From positions 78,795-142,794 of the IMG/VR virus record IMGVR_UViG_3300024331_000152: a DNA stretch of 64,000 nucleotides. One strand, written 5' to 3'. This DNA comes from a virus (lineage: Duplodnaviria; Caudoviricetes). Numbering within the stretch: the stretch's first letter is position 1; the number at the start of each line of letters is the position of its first letter. The notes under the pieces were generated by a model that had not been told where the DNA came from, searched no databases, and was given only the letters and a program-made list of their open reading frames with translations. Below are positions 1 through 9,361 of this stretch, in pieces. A program made the position numbers and the translations under genes.

Positions 1-1129
1 GCTGATCAACCCTGACGAAAAGACGTTTGATCCAAATGCTTTGAATTTTTTGAACTCACAGGACTATATCACCGCTGCGACAGATTACGTGTCGGGGAGT
101 AAATGTGAGGATCGTAAACTCGTTCAGGACGGTCATCCAACCGGCAAAGACGTGCATGTTTGTGTGAATGGCGTGGCCACATGGTTCCCGGGTGATGAGA
201 TTCTTGCGACCAAGCGCGGCGGACTTGTTCCGATTGCAACGTCACATGACTATCTGATGTCCGCAGTTCTTGTTGGTCCTGCCAAATTTTTGTCGGATAA
301 CCATGACGAAATCGTCAACTTTCTTTCCGCTGTAGGGACCGCTGGCGATCAAGTCCGCGCCTTCCCTGAGGCCAAGCGGCGGGCGTGCAAGATCTCGGTT
401 GACGTCTACGATGACAAAGGCGATGGTGGCGACGCTAACGGCAGCTACTGGTGCAAAGGCTTCGACGGCTACACGGCACGCGATGCCACTGGTACCTCTG
501 TACGTCTAGGCGGCAGCGCTGTGTACGGCATGGCCGATATGCTGAAAGTCTTCGGGATCAAAGAAGGCGCGAACGACGATTACCGCAGCGTATACAACGC
601 GTTTGCGACCTTCGACAACACCTACTTCCCGACGATATTCAAGAAGACCGTGATCCCGCCAGTGAGCGAGGTTGAGATCAAGAGCTACATGAACGATGCC
701 CGGGATCGTCTGAGCGATACAGGTACCTCGTTTGCTGCGGCTCAGACGGTCGATTACAGCTCACAAGCGAACGGTCGGCAGCTTGGAGATGCGAACTACC
801 ACATCAACTTCGCCACAGGCTCCGCAATGCCGTTACCAGACGGTGTAGCAGAGCTTCAGCAACTTCGCGATTCGCTTGCGATCACGAGTGCGGCGATTGA
901 GGTGTCTGGCCACACCGACAATACCGGCAACTCTGCGGCGAACGAAGATCTGTCGCGTCGTCGCGCACAGGCCGTAGCAGACTTTCTGCATCGTGCTGCT
1001 CCATCCAGCTTTCCAATGAACCGTTTCCGGATCTCCGGTTATGGCGATCAGAGGCCGGTGGCGAGCAATACGACCACAGATGGACGCGCGCAGAATAGGC
1101 GCGTCGAAATACTACTCCGCAGTAACTAA
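1..1129 (+). CDS. ABC-type substrate-binding protein fused to a C-terminal OmpA-like peptidoglycan-binding domain (5'-truncated)
   Basis: OmpA_C motifs INFATGSA, VSGHTDNTG, NEDLSRRRAQAV, GYGDQRP, NRRVEI; upstream part resembles a NitT/TauT binding protein; permease and ATPase follow. Confidence 0.8.
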   Translation, partial: LINPDEKTFDPNALNFLNSQDYITAATDYVSGSKCEDRKLVQDGHPTGKDVHVCVNGVATWFPGDEILATKRGGLVPIATSHDYLMSAVLVGPAKFLSDNHDEIVNFLSAVGTAGDQVRAFPEAKRRACKISVDVYDDKGDGGDANGSYWCKGFDGYTARDATGTSVRLGGSAVYGMADMLKVFGIKEGANDDYRSVYNAFATFDNTYFPTIFKKTVIPPVSEVEIKSYMNDARDRLSDTGTSFAAAQTVDYSSQANGRQLGDANYHINFATGSAMPLPDGVAELQQLRDSLAITSAAIEVSGHTDNTGNSAANEDLSRRRAQAVADFLHRAAPSSFPMNRFRISGYGDQRPVASNTTTDGRAQNRRVEILLRSN

Positions 1130-1142
1130 CCTTGGAGGAAAC

Positions 1143-1451
1143 ATGGCAAAAACCACAGTAGAACAGTTGCAACAAGATTTACAGGCCGCGTGGGAAACAG
1201 CATCCATCCGCCTAGGCGAGTCTATTATGGCTACCGCAAAAATCGTAGCCGCAGGCTCCGCTCTGACGGGGGAAATAATGTCCCTCACAAAGAAACCCCT
1301 TAACCTGCCAAAGAGGAAGGCAGCAGCAGTGAAAGCTGTACGGAAGCCTCGTCGCAAGCTGTCGGCGGCTGCACGCAAGCGGATCAGCGACGCGCAGAAG
1401 AAGCGCTGGGCAGTATCAAAGAAAATCGCTAAGGCAGCAGCAGCGAAGTAG
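1143..1451 (+). CDS. small K/R/A-rich basic, histone-like DNA-binding protein
   Basis: RRKLSAAARKRISDAQKKRWA motif; CCTTGGAGG at 1130-1138 precedes ATG 1143. Confidence 0.65.
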   Translation: MAKTTVEQLQQDLQAAWETASIRLGESIMATAKIVAAGSALTGEIMSLTKKPLNLPKRKAAAVKAVRKPRRKLSAAARKRISDAQKKRWAVSKKIAKAAAAK

Positions 1452-1468
1452 CAAGGAGAAAAAGAACA

Positions 1469-1741
1469 ATGACGTGGCCGGAAGCAATCTACAAGATCAT
1501 CGTTGAAGGTGGTGGCGGGCTGCTTACGGCCATTGTTCTCGTCGCAATGTTTACCGACTTTTTTGAAGGTTTATTTGGATCAAAAACAGTCTACGAAATC
1601 CCAGAAGAGACTCTCGAAATACTGCGAGATCTCGCGAACGAGATGAAGGAATTTATCCCAGACAGTAAACCTCATGTGTACCGCTCCACAATCTGTTCAT
1701 GGGCGGCAGCGTTAGACCGGATCATCGACGAGGATCAATGA
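1469..1741 (+). CDS. hypothetical membrane-anchored protein
   Basis: AGGAG SD, N-terminal hydrophobic segment, ATGA overlap with next gene. Confidence 0.6.
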   Translation: MTWPEAIYKIIVEGGGGLLTAIVLVAMFTDFFEGLFGSKTVYEIPEETLEILRDLANEMKEFIPDSKPHVYRSTICSWAAALDRIIDEDQ

Positions 1742-2517
1742 TCAGTAAAATCTTCATTCCGAATGCGAAGATCGACCGCCAGTCATTCGTGATCATAGTG
1801 ACCGTAGAGATTTTTATCGCGCTGTGCGCTTGGTGGCAGTCTCCTGTCGCGTTCATTCCGAAGCCGCTGGAAGTATGGCAGGCATTCGGAGATCTCTGGG
1901 ATCAAGGGCTCGCTATAAATCTGCTCACGTCGTTGTGGCTGAATATAGAAGCGGTCCTGATAGCGACTGCGATTTCTTTGTTGATTGCGTGGGCGGGAAC
2001 ATTGCCTGTCTTCCGCGCGCCGGTCATGCTGATCGGAAAACTGCGTTACGTGAGTATGGCTGGACTTCTATTCGCATTCACTCTTGTGACAAACAATGGC
2101 CACCAGTTGAAACTGACAGTGCTGGTCTGGGCAGTGACCGTATTCTTTGTGGTCTCGATGGTTGACGTACTCAGTAGCACGCCGAAGGAGTTCCTAGATC
2201 TCGCACGTGTGATGCATATGGGACCATGGCGCACACTCCTAGAGGTTCAGGTGCTTGGAGCGGCAGATAAAGCGTTTGATGTCATGCGGCAGAACATTGC
2301 GATGGCGTGGTTAACACTTGCTTTCGCTGAGGCAATCAGCCGCTCAGAGGGTGGCGTTGGGGCTATGCTGGCGACGAGCGCAAAGTATTTTCATCTTTCA
2401 GAGATTGCGGCGTTGCAGATCGTAATTTTCTCAATGGGCCTTGCGCAGGACTATGCGCTGGGATGGTTGAAGCGGGTGTGCTGCCCGTACGCGTTTTTGG
2501 TTGTGGAGGCAAGATAA
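1738..2517 (+). CDS. ABC transporter permease (NitT/TauT-like)
   Basis: about 6 hydrophobic segments; EAA-like loop EFLDLARVMHMG; AEAISRSEGGVG. Confidence 0.8.
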   Translation: MISKIFIPNAKIDRQSFVIIVTVEIFIALCAWWQSPVAFIPKPLEVWQAFGDLWDQGLAINLLTSLWLNIEAVLIATAISLLIAWAGTLPVFRAPVMLIGKLRYVSMAGLLFAFTLVTNNGHQLKLTVLVWAVTVFFVVSMVDVLSSTPKEFLDLARVMHMGPWRTLLEVQVLGAADKAFDVMRQNIAMAWLTLAFAEAISRSEGGVGAMLATSAKYFHLSEIAALQIVIFSMGLAQDYALGWLKRVCCPYAFLVVEAR

Positions 2518-2787
2518 ATGGCAGAGGTTGTCGGCAGTGGAGATTGGTTCGATCCTTTTGACTCAGCGCTCGACGGATGGAAAAGTGACGCAGGAATCAA
2601 AGTAATTGGACGAAACACAAGCAACGGCAGATTAAACGTATGGCATTACGACAACGAGGAGACGGCACATAAATTCGCAGAAAATCTTGCGAGGTGGACC
2701 GGCGATAGTGTTGTCGTGGTTCACATGATTGCGCGTTACAGATCAGAACCACCGAAACCAACAAAATATCCAGCGACGACAAAATGA
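2518..2787 (+). CDS. hypothetical protein
   Basis: abuts both neighbours in operon. Confidence 0.55.
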   Translation: MAEVVGSGDWFDPFDSALDGWKSDAGIKVIGRNTSNGRLNVWHYDNEETAHKFAENLARWTGDSVVVVHMIARYRSEPPKPTKYPATTK

Positions 2788-3608
2788 TCGTTCCCTACAC
2801 ATACCGCGACACAATCCTCAAGCTCGACAACGTCTGTGTCTCGTACGACGGTCGTCCGATCTTGAAGAACGTGTGCGCGGAGATTAGGGACATTTATGTA
2901 CCCGGAAAAGTAACAGGGCAAATCGTCGCCTTCCTTGGACCTTCAGGTGTTGGCAAGACGACCCTCTTCCGAAACCTTGCAGGGCTCGAACGTCCAACAT
3001 TTGGACAGATTCTGCTGGCGACGCAGAACGAGTTGGCTCCAGTCAAGGTCGGGCAGGTTGGCGTTGTCGCGCAGAGTTACCCTCTATTCGCGCACAGGAC
3101 CGTGTTGGGGAACCTGATGCAGCCACTACGGCAGCATGGCGACAAGAACGCCAAGCAAGTCGCTATGGAGGCGCTGCGGCAGTTTGAGATCGAGGATAAA
3201 GCTCACCTCTATCCCTGCCAGCTCTCCGGGGGCCAGAAACAGCGTGTAGCGATCTTGCAGATGATTCTCTGTAAAGAGCGGTTAATTCTCATGGACGAGC
3301 CGTTCTCAGGTCTCGATCTGATCAAACTGGAGAAGGCGTGCGAGCTGATCCAGCAAGCAGCAGATCTCGACGAGTTGAACACGATCATCGTGGTGACACA
3401 TGACGTGACGGCGGCAGTCTCTATCGCTGATCACATCTGGTTGTTAGGACGTGACCGCGACACGCATGGTGACATCATCCCGGGCGCACGGATCGTCGAT
3501 ACGATTGATCTTCTGGAGCGTGGGCTCTGTTACGAGAAGGGAGCCATAACAGATCCGAAATTTACCGAAACTATACGCGAAATCAAAGAGAGGTTCAGGA
3601 CCTTATGA
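2784..3608 (+). CDS. ABC transporter ATP-binding protein
   Basis: Walker A GPSGVGKT, signature LSGGQKQR, Walker B ILMDEPFSGLD, H-loop VTHD. Confidence 0.95.
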   Translation: MIVPYTYRDTILKLDNVCVSYDGRPILKNVCAEIRDIYVPGKVTGQIVAFLGPSGVGKTTLFRNLAGLERPTFGQILLATQNELAPVKVGQVGVVAQSYPLFAHRTVLGNLMQPLRQHGDKNAKQVAMEALRQFEIEDKAHLYPCQLSGGQKQRVAILQMILCKERLILMDEPFSGLDLIKLEKACELIQQAADLDELNTIIVVTHDVTAAVSIADHIWLLGRDRDTHGDIIPGARIVDTIDLLERGLCYEKGAITDPKFTETIREIKERFRTL

Positions 3609-3925
3609 GCGACGACAACGTTTATACCCTCACTCAGCTCCAACACGCTGAGACCGGCGATGGCCCATGGCGGCTGTACCTCTACGGCAAGAACGGATAT
3701 CACAGCCGTGGAACGTGGTTTCGCAAAGGCGAGATGAAGTATCCAGACGAGGAGATCTCGTTTGATGAAGCGCGGGACCGCGAGCACTTTGCGACAAAGG
3801 CTGGGATGGAGGTTCGCATCACGGACGGCGGTGACATGCTCGTCTTTCACTCTCAGGGCGGCAAGGTTGTATACGGCGAGAATTTCTGGAAAGAAGCGGA
3901 GGGACACTCTGATGGGATATCGTGA
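3605..3925 (+). CDS. hypothetical protein
   Basis: ATGA coupling to ATPase gene. Confidence 0.55.
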   Translation: MSDDNVYTLTQLQHAETGDGPWRLYLYGKNGYHSRGTWFRKGEMKYPDEEISFDEARDREHFATKAGMEVRITDGGDMLVFHSQGGKVVYGENFWKEAEGHSDGIS

Positions 3926-4283
3926 CGATTTTCGAGAAGTAGAACGCGACGGCTGGTGGACTCTGCCACGCGTTGCGCTGGCATTCCTCGCGTTGATGTG
4001 CGTCAGCTTCGTACTGACGTTTGTGTCAGATTCGTTCAATCTGATTAGTTACAAATTCTGGGCACCCAAGCAAGAAGCTGCACGCCGGAAGGTCTACGAG
4101 CAAACGAAGTCTTACCGGCAGGGATCTATCCAGAGGCTCAACACACTTTGTACTCAAGTGTCGCAGGCCGACGCAGAACACAGGCCAATGCTCAACGACG
4201 TGATTGATCACGAATTCGCTGAATGGAACATGGACGACGTACCAGACTACTTGCAGTCATGCCTTGCGAATGCAAGGCGGTAA
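3912..4283 (+). CDS. hypothetical membrane-anchored protein
   Basis: one TM segment; likely ATG at 3912. Confidence 0.6.
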   Translation: MGYRDDFREVERDGWWTLPRVALAFLALMCVSFVLTFVSDSFNLISYKFWAPKQEAARRKVYEQTKSYRQGSIQRLNTLCTQVSQADAEHRPMLNDVIDHEFAEWNMDDVPDYLQSCLANARR

Positions 4284-4292
4284 AAGGGGATC

Positions 4293-4904
4293 ATGAAAAG
4301 AATAGTGCTACTCACCGTCGCGCTGTTGATTGCGATCTGTATATCCGGATGCTACTCAACCGCCAATCAAAGCAATGACTCCAAGATCGCTCAGCAGCAG
4401 GAACGCAACCTTGCCGAAGGAGATGCGCAGGTACCTCCGCCGTCAATTGTTAATTGGAATGAAAAGCGGATGGTAAAGCTGATTCAGGAGAAGCGGGATA
4501 CGCCGAATCTCGCGACGTGGACATACACCAAAAATATGGATGGGAAGTACACGTTTGTTTGCGAATCAATCGGCTATGGCGTGCCATACAACACGCGTTC
4601 GAATAACCCTCAACACTACGAGTTCATGACGACGCGAACGGGGGCGTACTATAACGGCAGCGGCGGGTCGGGATTTTTCACTGACGGTCAAGGCAATCGA
4701 CTCTGGGGCGAGCACGCCATAGTCGCACAACCAGAGCCGAATGGACTTTTCATTCCAGACTCAGCGAAGGGAACTTGGAACCTCTGTAAAGATCCCAAAA
4801 CTGGCAAGCCGGACGTGACGTATCAGGAAGAGGACATTGCGGTCTTTCCGTACAAGCTTCCGGCAGAGATGGTCGAGGGTTATCACGGCGAGCCGATAAA
4901 ATAA
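4293..4904 (+). CDS. phage lipoprotein
   Basis: signal peptide with lipobox ISGC; QPEPNGLF motif. Confidence 0.7.
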   Translation: MKRIVLLTVALLIAICISGCYSTANQSNDSKIAQQQERNLAEGDAQVPPPSIVNWNEKRMVKLIQEKRDTPNLATWTYTKNMDGKYTFVCESIGYGVPYNTRSNNPQHYEFMTTRTGAYYNGSGGSGFFTDGQGNRLWGEHAIVAQPEPNGLFIPDSAKGTWNLCKDPKTGKPDVTYQEEDIAVFPYKLPAEMVEGYHGEPIK

Positions 4905-5119
4905 TGTCTCACGCCGACAGCGCTCTTCTCTGCCTGATGGCGTTCCTGACAATATTCGGTGGTGTGGTGATCGTAATTTTGCGCAGGAGGAGACGATGAT
5001 TCCACCGATGTGGGAAAGAGATCCTGAACCTGAACCAGTTTTAACCGCCCTCTTTGCGCTGTGGATTTTGATCCTACTGGTTCTAGCGATACGCGCTTGG
5101 TAATTCCTTGGAGGGATCA

Positions 5120-6163
5120 TTGAGTCTGCAAATCATCATAGAGAAGCTGGATACAGCGTGTTGTCCTGAGGATGTCTTTACCGACATCACAAAGGACTAC
5201 CGCAATCTAGCCAAGATCTGTCATCCAGACAGAAACAACGGCGATCCTCTCGCAGAGCAGGCTTTTCAGAAACTGAATGCGATGAAAGAGGAGGCAGACA
5301 AGCGTGCCGACAATAAGACGTGGGGCAAACGCTTGCCGTTGGCGCACTGCGTCCCGCTGGAGATTGGCGCTTATAAAGTAAAGCGCTCGCCTTACATTGG
5401 CGACATTGCGGATCTCTACCGAGTAGAGAATAAGACGCACATCGTGAAGGTGGCGCGCAGTGCGGATGATAACGATCTACTGCGAGCAGAGCAGCGCGCG
5501 CTGGAGTTGATGAGCACGATTACAACGCCAGTACGTGACGGTGTGCCGCGCCTTCATGACAAATTCCAGATCGACGGAACGTGGAAGCGTGAAGTGAATG
5601 TGATCACACAGTTTTCCGGATTCTGGACTGCCGCCGAGATCCATTCGGTAACTCATATCGACGACCGCACAATGGTCTGGATGTTCAAACGCATCCTTGC
5701 TGTGCTCACATGGGCTCATCATTACAAGATCATTCATGGCGCGATCTTGCCGCCACATGTGATGTTCTATCCGGATAACGATGGTAGCAATGTTGATCCC
5801 CGCAAACACACAGTGCGACTTATTGACTGGTGTTACTCAGTAGACTATGAGAAGCGTACGCGGCTGTCTGCGTGGGTACCGGCATGGAAGGATTATTATG
5901 CGCCGGAACTTCTTGACAAGTCGTACGTCGGGCCTGAATCTGACATCTACATGGCAGCGCAGCTCATGATCTACCTGCTGCAAAAAACGCTGTTCATGCC
6001 AGAACTGCAAAAGGTGATTTTGAAGTGCCTTGAGAAAGATCCAAAGAAGCGCTACCGGAAGGCCGGAGATGCTTTGAAGGATTGGACTGAGGCGGCTGTG
6101 AAGGCGTTCGGCCCGCCTAAGTGGCATGAGTTTAATTTGCCGACAACCCCATCCGGGAGGTAG
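5120..6163 (+). CDS. J-domain plus Ser/Thr kinase-fold protein (catalytic loop degenerate)
   Basis: YRNLAKICHPD J-domain; kinase-like IVK, IHGAILPPHV, LIDWCYS, YYAPE, SDIY, CLEKDPKKR. Confidence 0.8.
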   Translation: MSLQIIIEKLDTACCPEDVFTDITKDYRNLAKICHPDRNNGDPLAEQAFQKLNAMKEEADKRADNKTWGKRLPLAHCVPLEIGAYKVKRSPYIGDIADLYRVENKTHIVKVARSADDNDLLRAEQRALELMSTITTPVRDGVPRLHDKFQIDGTWKREVNVITQFSGFWTAAEIHSVTHIDDRTMVWMFKRILAVLTWAHHYKIIHGAILPPHVMFYPDNDGSNVDPRKHTVRLIDWCYSVDYEKRTRLSAWVPAWKDYYAPELLDKSYVGPESDIYMAAQLMIYLLQKTLFMPELQKVILKCLEKDPKKRYRKAGDALKDWTEAAVKAFGPPKWHEFNLPTTPSGR

Positions 6164-6167
6164 GAAA

Positions 6168-7112
6168 ATGGGCGCTGGTAGTTGGGATAGCGGAGCGTAT
6201 TCAAGCTCCAAGTCAACACGTGCTGCAACAGGAACATCGGCATTTGCCTACAGTTCCAGAGCATCGTCTGTGCATGCGGATCTCGATCCCATGCGAATCA
6301 ACAAGAAGCCATTCGGCAAGCTGGAGTCACGCGACTCTGCCGATCATCCTGAGTCCAATGCCGTCTTCGTCTGCTTTGATGTGACGGGATCGAATAAGGC
6401 CCGGGCGGTGGATGCGCAGGACCGGCTACCAAATCTGATGGACCTCCTGAACAAGTATCTGGTCGATCCTCAGGTGGCTGTTGCTGCCAACGACGATTAC
6501 AAAGTCGAAGGAAAGAATGCGGTCCAGATATCGGAATTCGAGACCGACAATCGCATTGACGATCACATTCAGAAGATCTGGCTGGTCGGCGACGGCGGCG
6601 GCAATGATGGCGAGAGCTATGATCTACTGCTCTACGCCGCTGCGCGCAAGATGGTGCTTGACTGCGTGGAGAAGCGCGGCAAAAAGGGGTACATGTTCAT
6701 GTACGCCGATGAGCCGATCTTCGCCTCAGTCAGTAAGCATGAAGTGAAGGATATCTTCGGCGACGATCTGGAGAAGGATATTCCGATTGCCGAGATCATC
6801 GAAGAAGCACGCCGGAACTTCAACATCTTCATGATCTGGCCAGATCGCGGGTACGATCATGCGCGCAAGCAGTACATCAATCTGTTCGGTGCTGAGTTTG
6901 TTCTCGATCTACAGCATCCGAATCTTATCTGCGAGCTGATTGCCTCCACAGTCGGCCTTTACGAGGCCAAGGTGACGCCGGACGATGCTGTTACAGATCT
7001 CGTAGCGGTTGGTGTTGGCGATGCTGAGGCTCGGGCTCTGGTGAAACATGTTGGGGCAGCAGTATCCTCTCAGCTTGCAACCTCAGGGGCAGGAAAGGCA
7101 GCACGTCTCTAG
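6168..7112 (+). CDS. vWA-domain protein
   Basis: MIDAS-like FDVTGS, GGGNDGESY, KKGYMFMYADE. Confidence 0.8.
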   Translation: MGAGSWDSGAYSSSKSTRAATGTSAFAYSSRASSVHADLDPMRINKKPFGKLESRDSADHPESNAVFVCFDVTGSNKARAVDAQDRLPNLMDLLNKYLVDPQVAVAANDDYKVEGKNAVQISEFETDNRIDDHIQKIWLVGDGGGNDGESYDLLLYAAARKMVLDCVEKRGKKGYMFMYADEPIFASVSKHEVKDIFGDDLEKDIPIAEIIEEARRNFNIFMIWPDRGYDHARKQYINLFGAEFVLDLQHPNLICELIASTVGLYEAKVTPDDAVTDLVAVGVGDAEARALVKHVGAAVSSQLATSGAGKAARL

Positions 7113-7768
7113 GCTCTCTTTCGGGATACCCAAGCGGCAGCACGGCGCAGCCGCTTGGGATCATCTTGAAATTGACCCAGACCCATATTACAAGGCCCAC
7201 AGAGAATACCTCTGACACACTTGCGACAGTATTTACCGTTAGGACAGCAAAGATGAGAATGATCGATAACCCAACCTTTAGCTCCCGGGTCGTGGGTATG
7301 GCATATACCGCAACCCTTTTTTACCTGTTTTTCGTACCATTCGACACTCAATCCATGGCGACGAATTCGCTCATGTCTGCGCCCAGCTCTATCTGCGCAA
7401 TATTCTGCTTTGCAGCGTGCGCGCGTCTCTGCCAGCGAACGTTGATGAGCGCGTCTGCACCGCGCTCTATGACAAACAGCTTTCTTCATGCCTTTCAGGT
7501 AAATATCTGGAGAGATCTTGCTTTCACAGTAGAAGCACTGATATTGCTTATTCAATCTTTCATAGCGTATGCCGCGCTTGTTGTAGTGAGAAAGCCTCAG
7601 GCCGCGCTTGCGCGCTGTAGTGGCGCGCTGATTGCGACCCTCTCGGTTTTGCGCTTTACATTTGTCACACGTAGGCATTGTGCCTACTCTGCTAATTCGG
7701 CGCACAGCAGTAATTTTGCATTGTGGACAAAAACCACGATTGCCGATTACGTTCTTGGAATAGGGCAT
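7109..7768 (-). CDS. endonuclease VII-type free-standing (homing) endonuclease
   Basis: CGIC, IDHSH, VRGILCGPCNMGLGQFQDD; inserted antisense between vWA and PurA-like genes. Confidence 0.85.
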   Translation of the reverse strand: MPYSKNVIGNRGFCPQCKITAVRRISRVGTMPTCDKCKAQNREGRNQRATTARKRGLRLSHYNKRGIRYERLNKQYQCFYCESKISPDIYLKGMKKAVCHRARCRRAHQRSLAETRARCKAEYCADRAGRRHERIRRHGLSVEWYEKQVKKGCGICHTHDPGAKGWVIDHSHLCCPNGKYCRKCVRGILCGPCNMGLGQFQDDPKRLRRAAAWVSRKRA

Positions 7769-7782
7769 GAAAGGAGCTTACC

Positions 7783-9048
7783 ATGCAAGCTTTCTGCCTA
7801 GCAGGCATGGGTTTTGGGGATGAAGCTAAAGGAGCCGCGACCGACAGTTTGGCCCGCCAATTTCCCGGCGAAGACGTCCTGATTGTCCGTTACAATGGCG
7901 GCTGTCAAAGTGCCCACAACGTGGTCACGCCGGAAGGCAGACACCACACGTTTTCTCAGTTCGGCGCAGGCATGCTGGCGAGCGACAAAGCGCGGACGCA
8001 TCTGTCTCGCTTTATGCTGGTTGAACCGTTCTCAATGATCAATGAGTCCCGGGCTCTGAACGCGCTTACACCGTTCGTCTGGGGCCGCACCACGGTAGAT
8101 GCTCGCGCGCCGATCATCACGCCGTTCTGTAAATATCTCAACCAGCTTCGCGAGCGATCACGTGGCAAGAACCGGCACGGTAGTTGTGGTCGTGGTATTG
8201 GCGTCACGCGCGAGCTTCAGATCCGATTCAACGACGACGAGCGAGTCCTGCGTGCAGGCGATCTCCGGGATGAGAAGCTGACGTTCGAAAAACTCATGAT
8301 CCAGCTCAAGGCAATCTTCGATGAGATGCAGGATCTTGAACAGCAAGTCGGCGAAGATCCGTCGTCAGAGCGTGAGCACCGCAGGGCGATCCTCGAATGG
8401 GTAACCCGCTACGGCGTATGGCCAGCCAAGATTGTGGACGAGATGCCGAAGTTTACAATCGCAATCTTCGAGGGCGCGCAGGGTGTCATGCTGGATGAGA
8501 CGTACGGCACGGCACCGCACAACACGTGGACGAATACCACGTTCGAGAATGCGGACACGCTTTTAGATGAGGCTGGGGTTGACAAATACAGCCGCTACAA
8601 CATTGGCTGCTTCCGTACCTACTACACGCGCCATGGGCATGGTCCGTTTCCGACCGAAGATCCCGCACTGGATCTACCAGAAGAGCACAATAACGACAGT
8701 GGATTTCAGGGAGTATTTCGTCGCGGCCACTTCGACTTCACGCTTGCGAATAGCGCGTATCAGGTTGTCGGAGGACTAGACGGAATTGCTCTGAGTCATC
8801 TTGACTATTTACCTCGGATGGGATGGGATGAGAATGATTTCATCGCGTCGATCAAAGCAAATCTGGGCACGCCGATCTGCATGACAGGCAGAGGGCCAAC
8901 CGCAGCAGAACGAGTGTGGAATAAAAAATTCGAGGTGAGCAATGGACGTCCTGCATCAAGTTCTGAAGGAACTCAAGCCGGGGGAGGAGATCCTGTGCTC
9001 ACTCCAAACATTCCAGCGGATCAAAGAGAGGTTGAACGACTTCCGTAA
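7783..9048 (+). CDS. adenylosuccinate synthetase-like protein (divergent PurA family)
   Basis: GFGDEAKG, RYNGGCQSAHNV, HGSCGRGIG, FEGAQGVMLD, RTYYTRHGHGPFPTE. Confidence 0.85.
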   Translation: MQAFCLAGMGFGDEAKGAATDSLARQFPGEDVLIVRYNGGCQSAHNVVTPEGRHHTFSQFGAGMLASDKARTHLSRFMLVEPFSMINESRALNALTPFVWGRTTVDARAPIITPFCKYLNQLRERSRGKNRHGSCGRGIGVTRELQIRFNDDERVLRAGDLRDEKLTFEKLMIQLKAIFDEMQDLEQQVGEDPSSEREHRRAILEWVTRYGVWPAKIVDEMPKFTIAIFEGAQGVMLDETYGTAPHNTWTNTTFENADTLLDEAGVDKYSRYNIGCFRTYYTRHGHGPFPTEDPALDLPEEHNNDSGFQGVFRRGHFDFTLANSAYQVVGGLDGIALSHLDYLPRMGWDENDFIASIKANLGTPICMTGRGPTAAERVWNKKFEVSNGRPASSSEGTQAGGGDPVLTPNIPADQREVERLP

Positions 9049-9127
9049 AAGAAACAGTCAGATCTTGTTGATCGTTCGTCCAGATACTGGATTTCAACGA
9101 ATCAAACGAAAGGAATAAGTTTTTTGG

Positions 9128-9335
9128 GGCGAGGTATGGCCGGGTCAGGTAAGGTCGGCTGGGGTGAGGTACGGTCTGGTGTGGCGAGCTTATGCTCGGT
9201 TGGTTGTGGTGAGGCTAGGTCTGGCAGGCCACGGCGAGGTGCGGTGAGTCGGGGCGAGGTCGGGTCCGGCAAGGTAAGTTGTGGTGCGGTAAGGCTGGCT
9301 CTGGCGCGGTAAGGTTAGGCGAGATGTGGTTAGGC
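9128..9335 (+). repeat. phased pentamer array (GGY-NN) x42, candidate guide RNA
   Basis: triplets every 5 nt from 9128 to 9333 with no indel; 33 of 42 are GGT/GGC; NN variable. Confidence 0.9.
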
Positions 9336-9361
9336 AATTTCAATTCCGGGAGAATTGAGAC

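Noticed and set aside
7166-7801. 211-aa plus-strand ORF
   Set aside because: Antisense shadow of the endonuclease VII gene, which has clear motifs.
7783-9048. PurZ (2-aminoadenine genome)
   Set aside because: It keeps the GDE Asp rather than the PurZ Ser, and no datZ- or mazZ-like genes were recognised in the window.
9124-9312. 62-aa Gly-rich ORF over array 1
   Set aside because: The conserved period is 5 nt, not 3; the ORF is a by-product of the repeat.
9128-9335. canonical CRISPR array or simple microsatellite
   Set aside because: There are no 25-40-nt repeats with spacers. NN positions are highly diverse while phase is kept, unlike slippage repeats. A two-tier G-quadruplex is possible but does not explain the strict phase or the RAMP neighbour.
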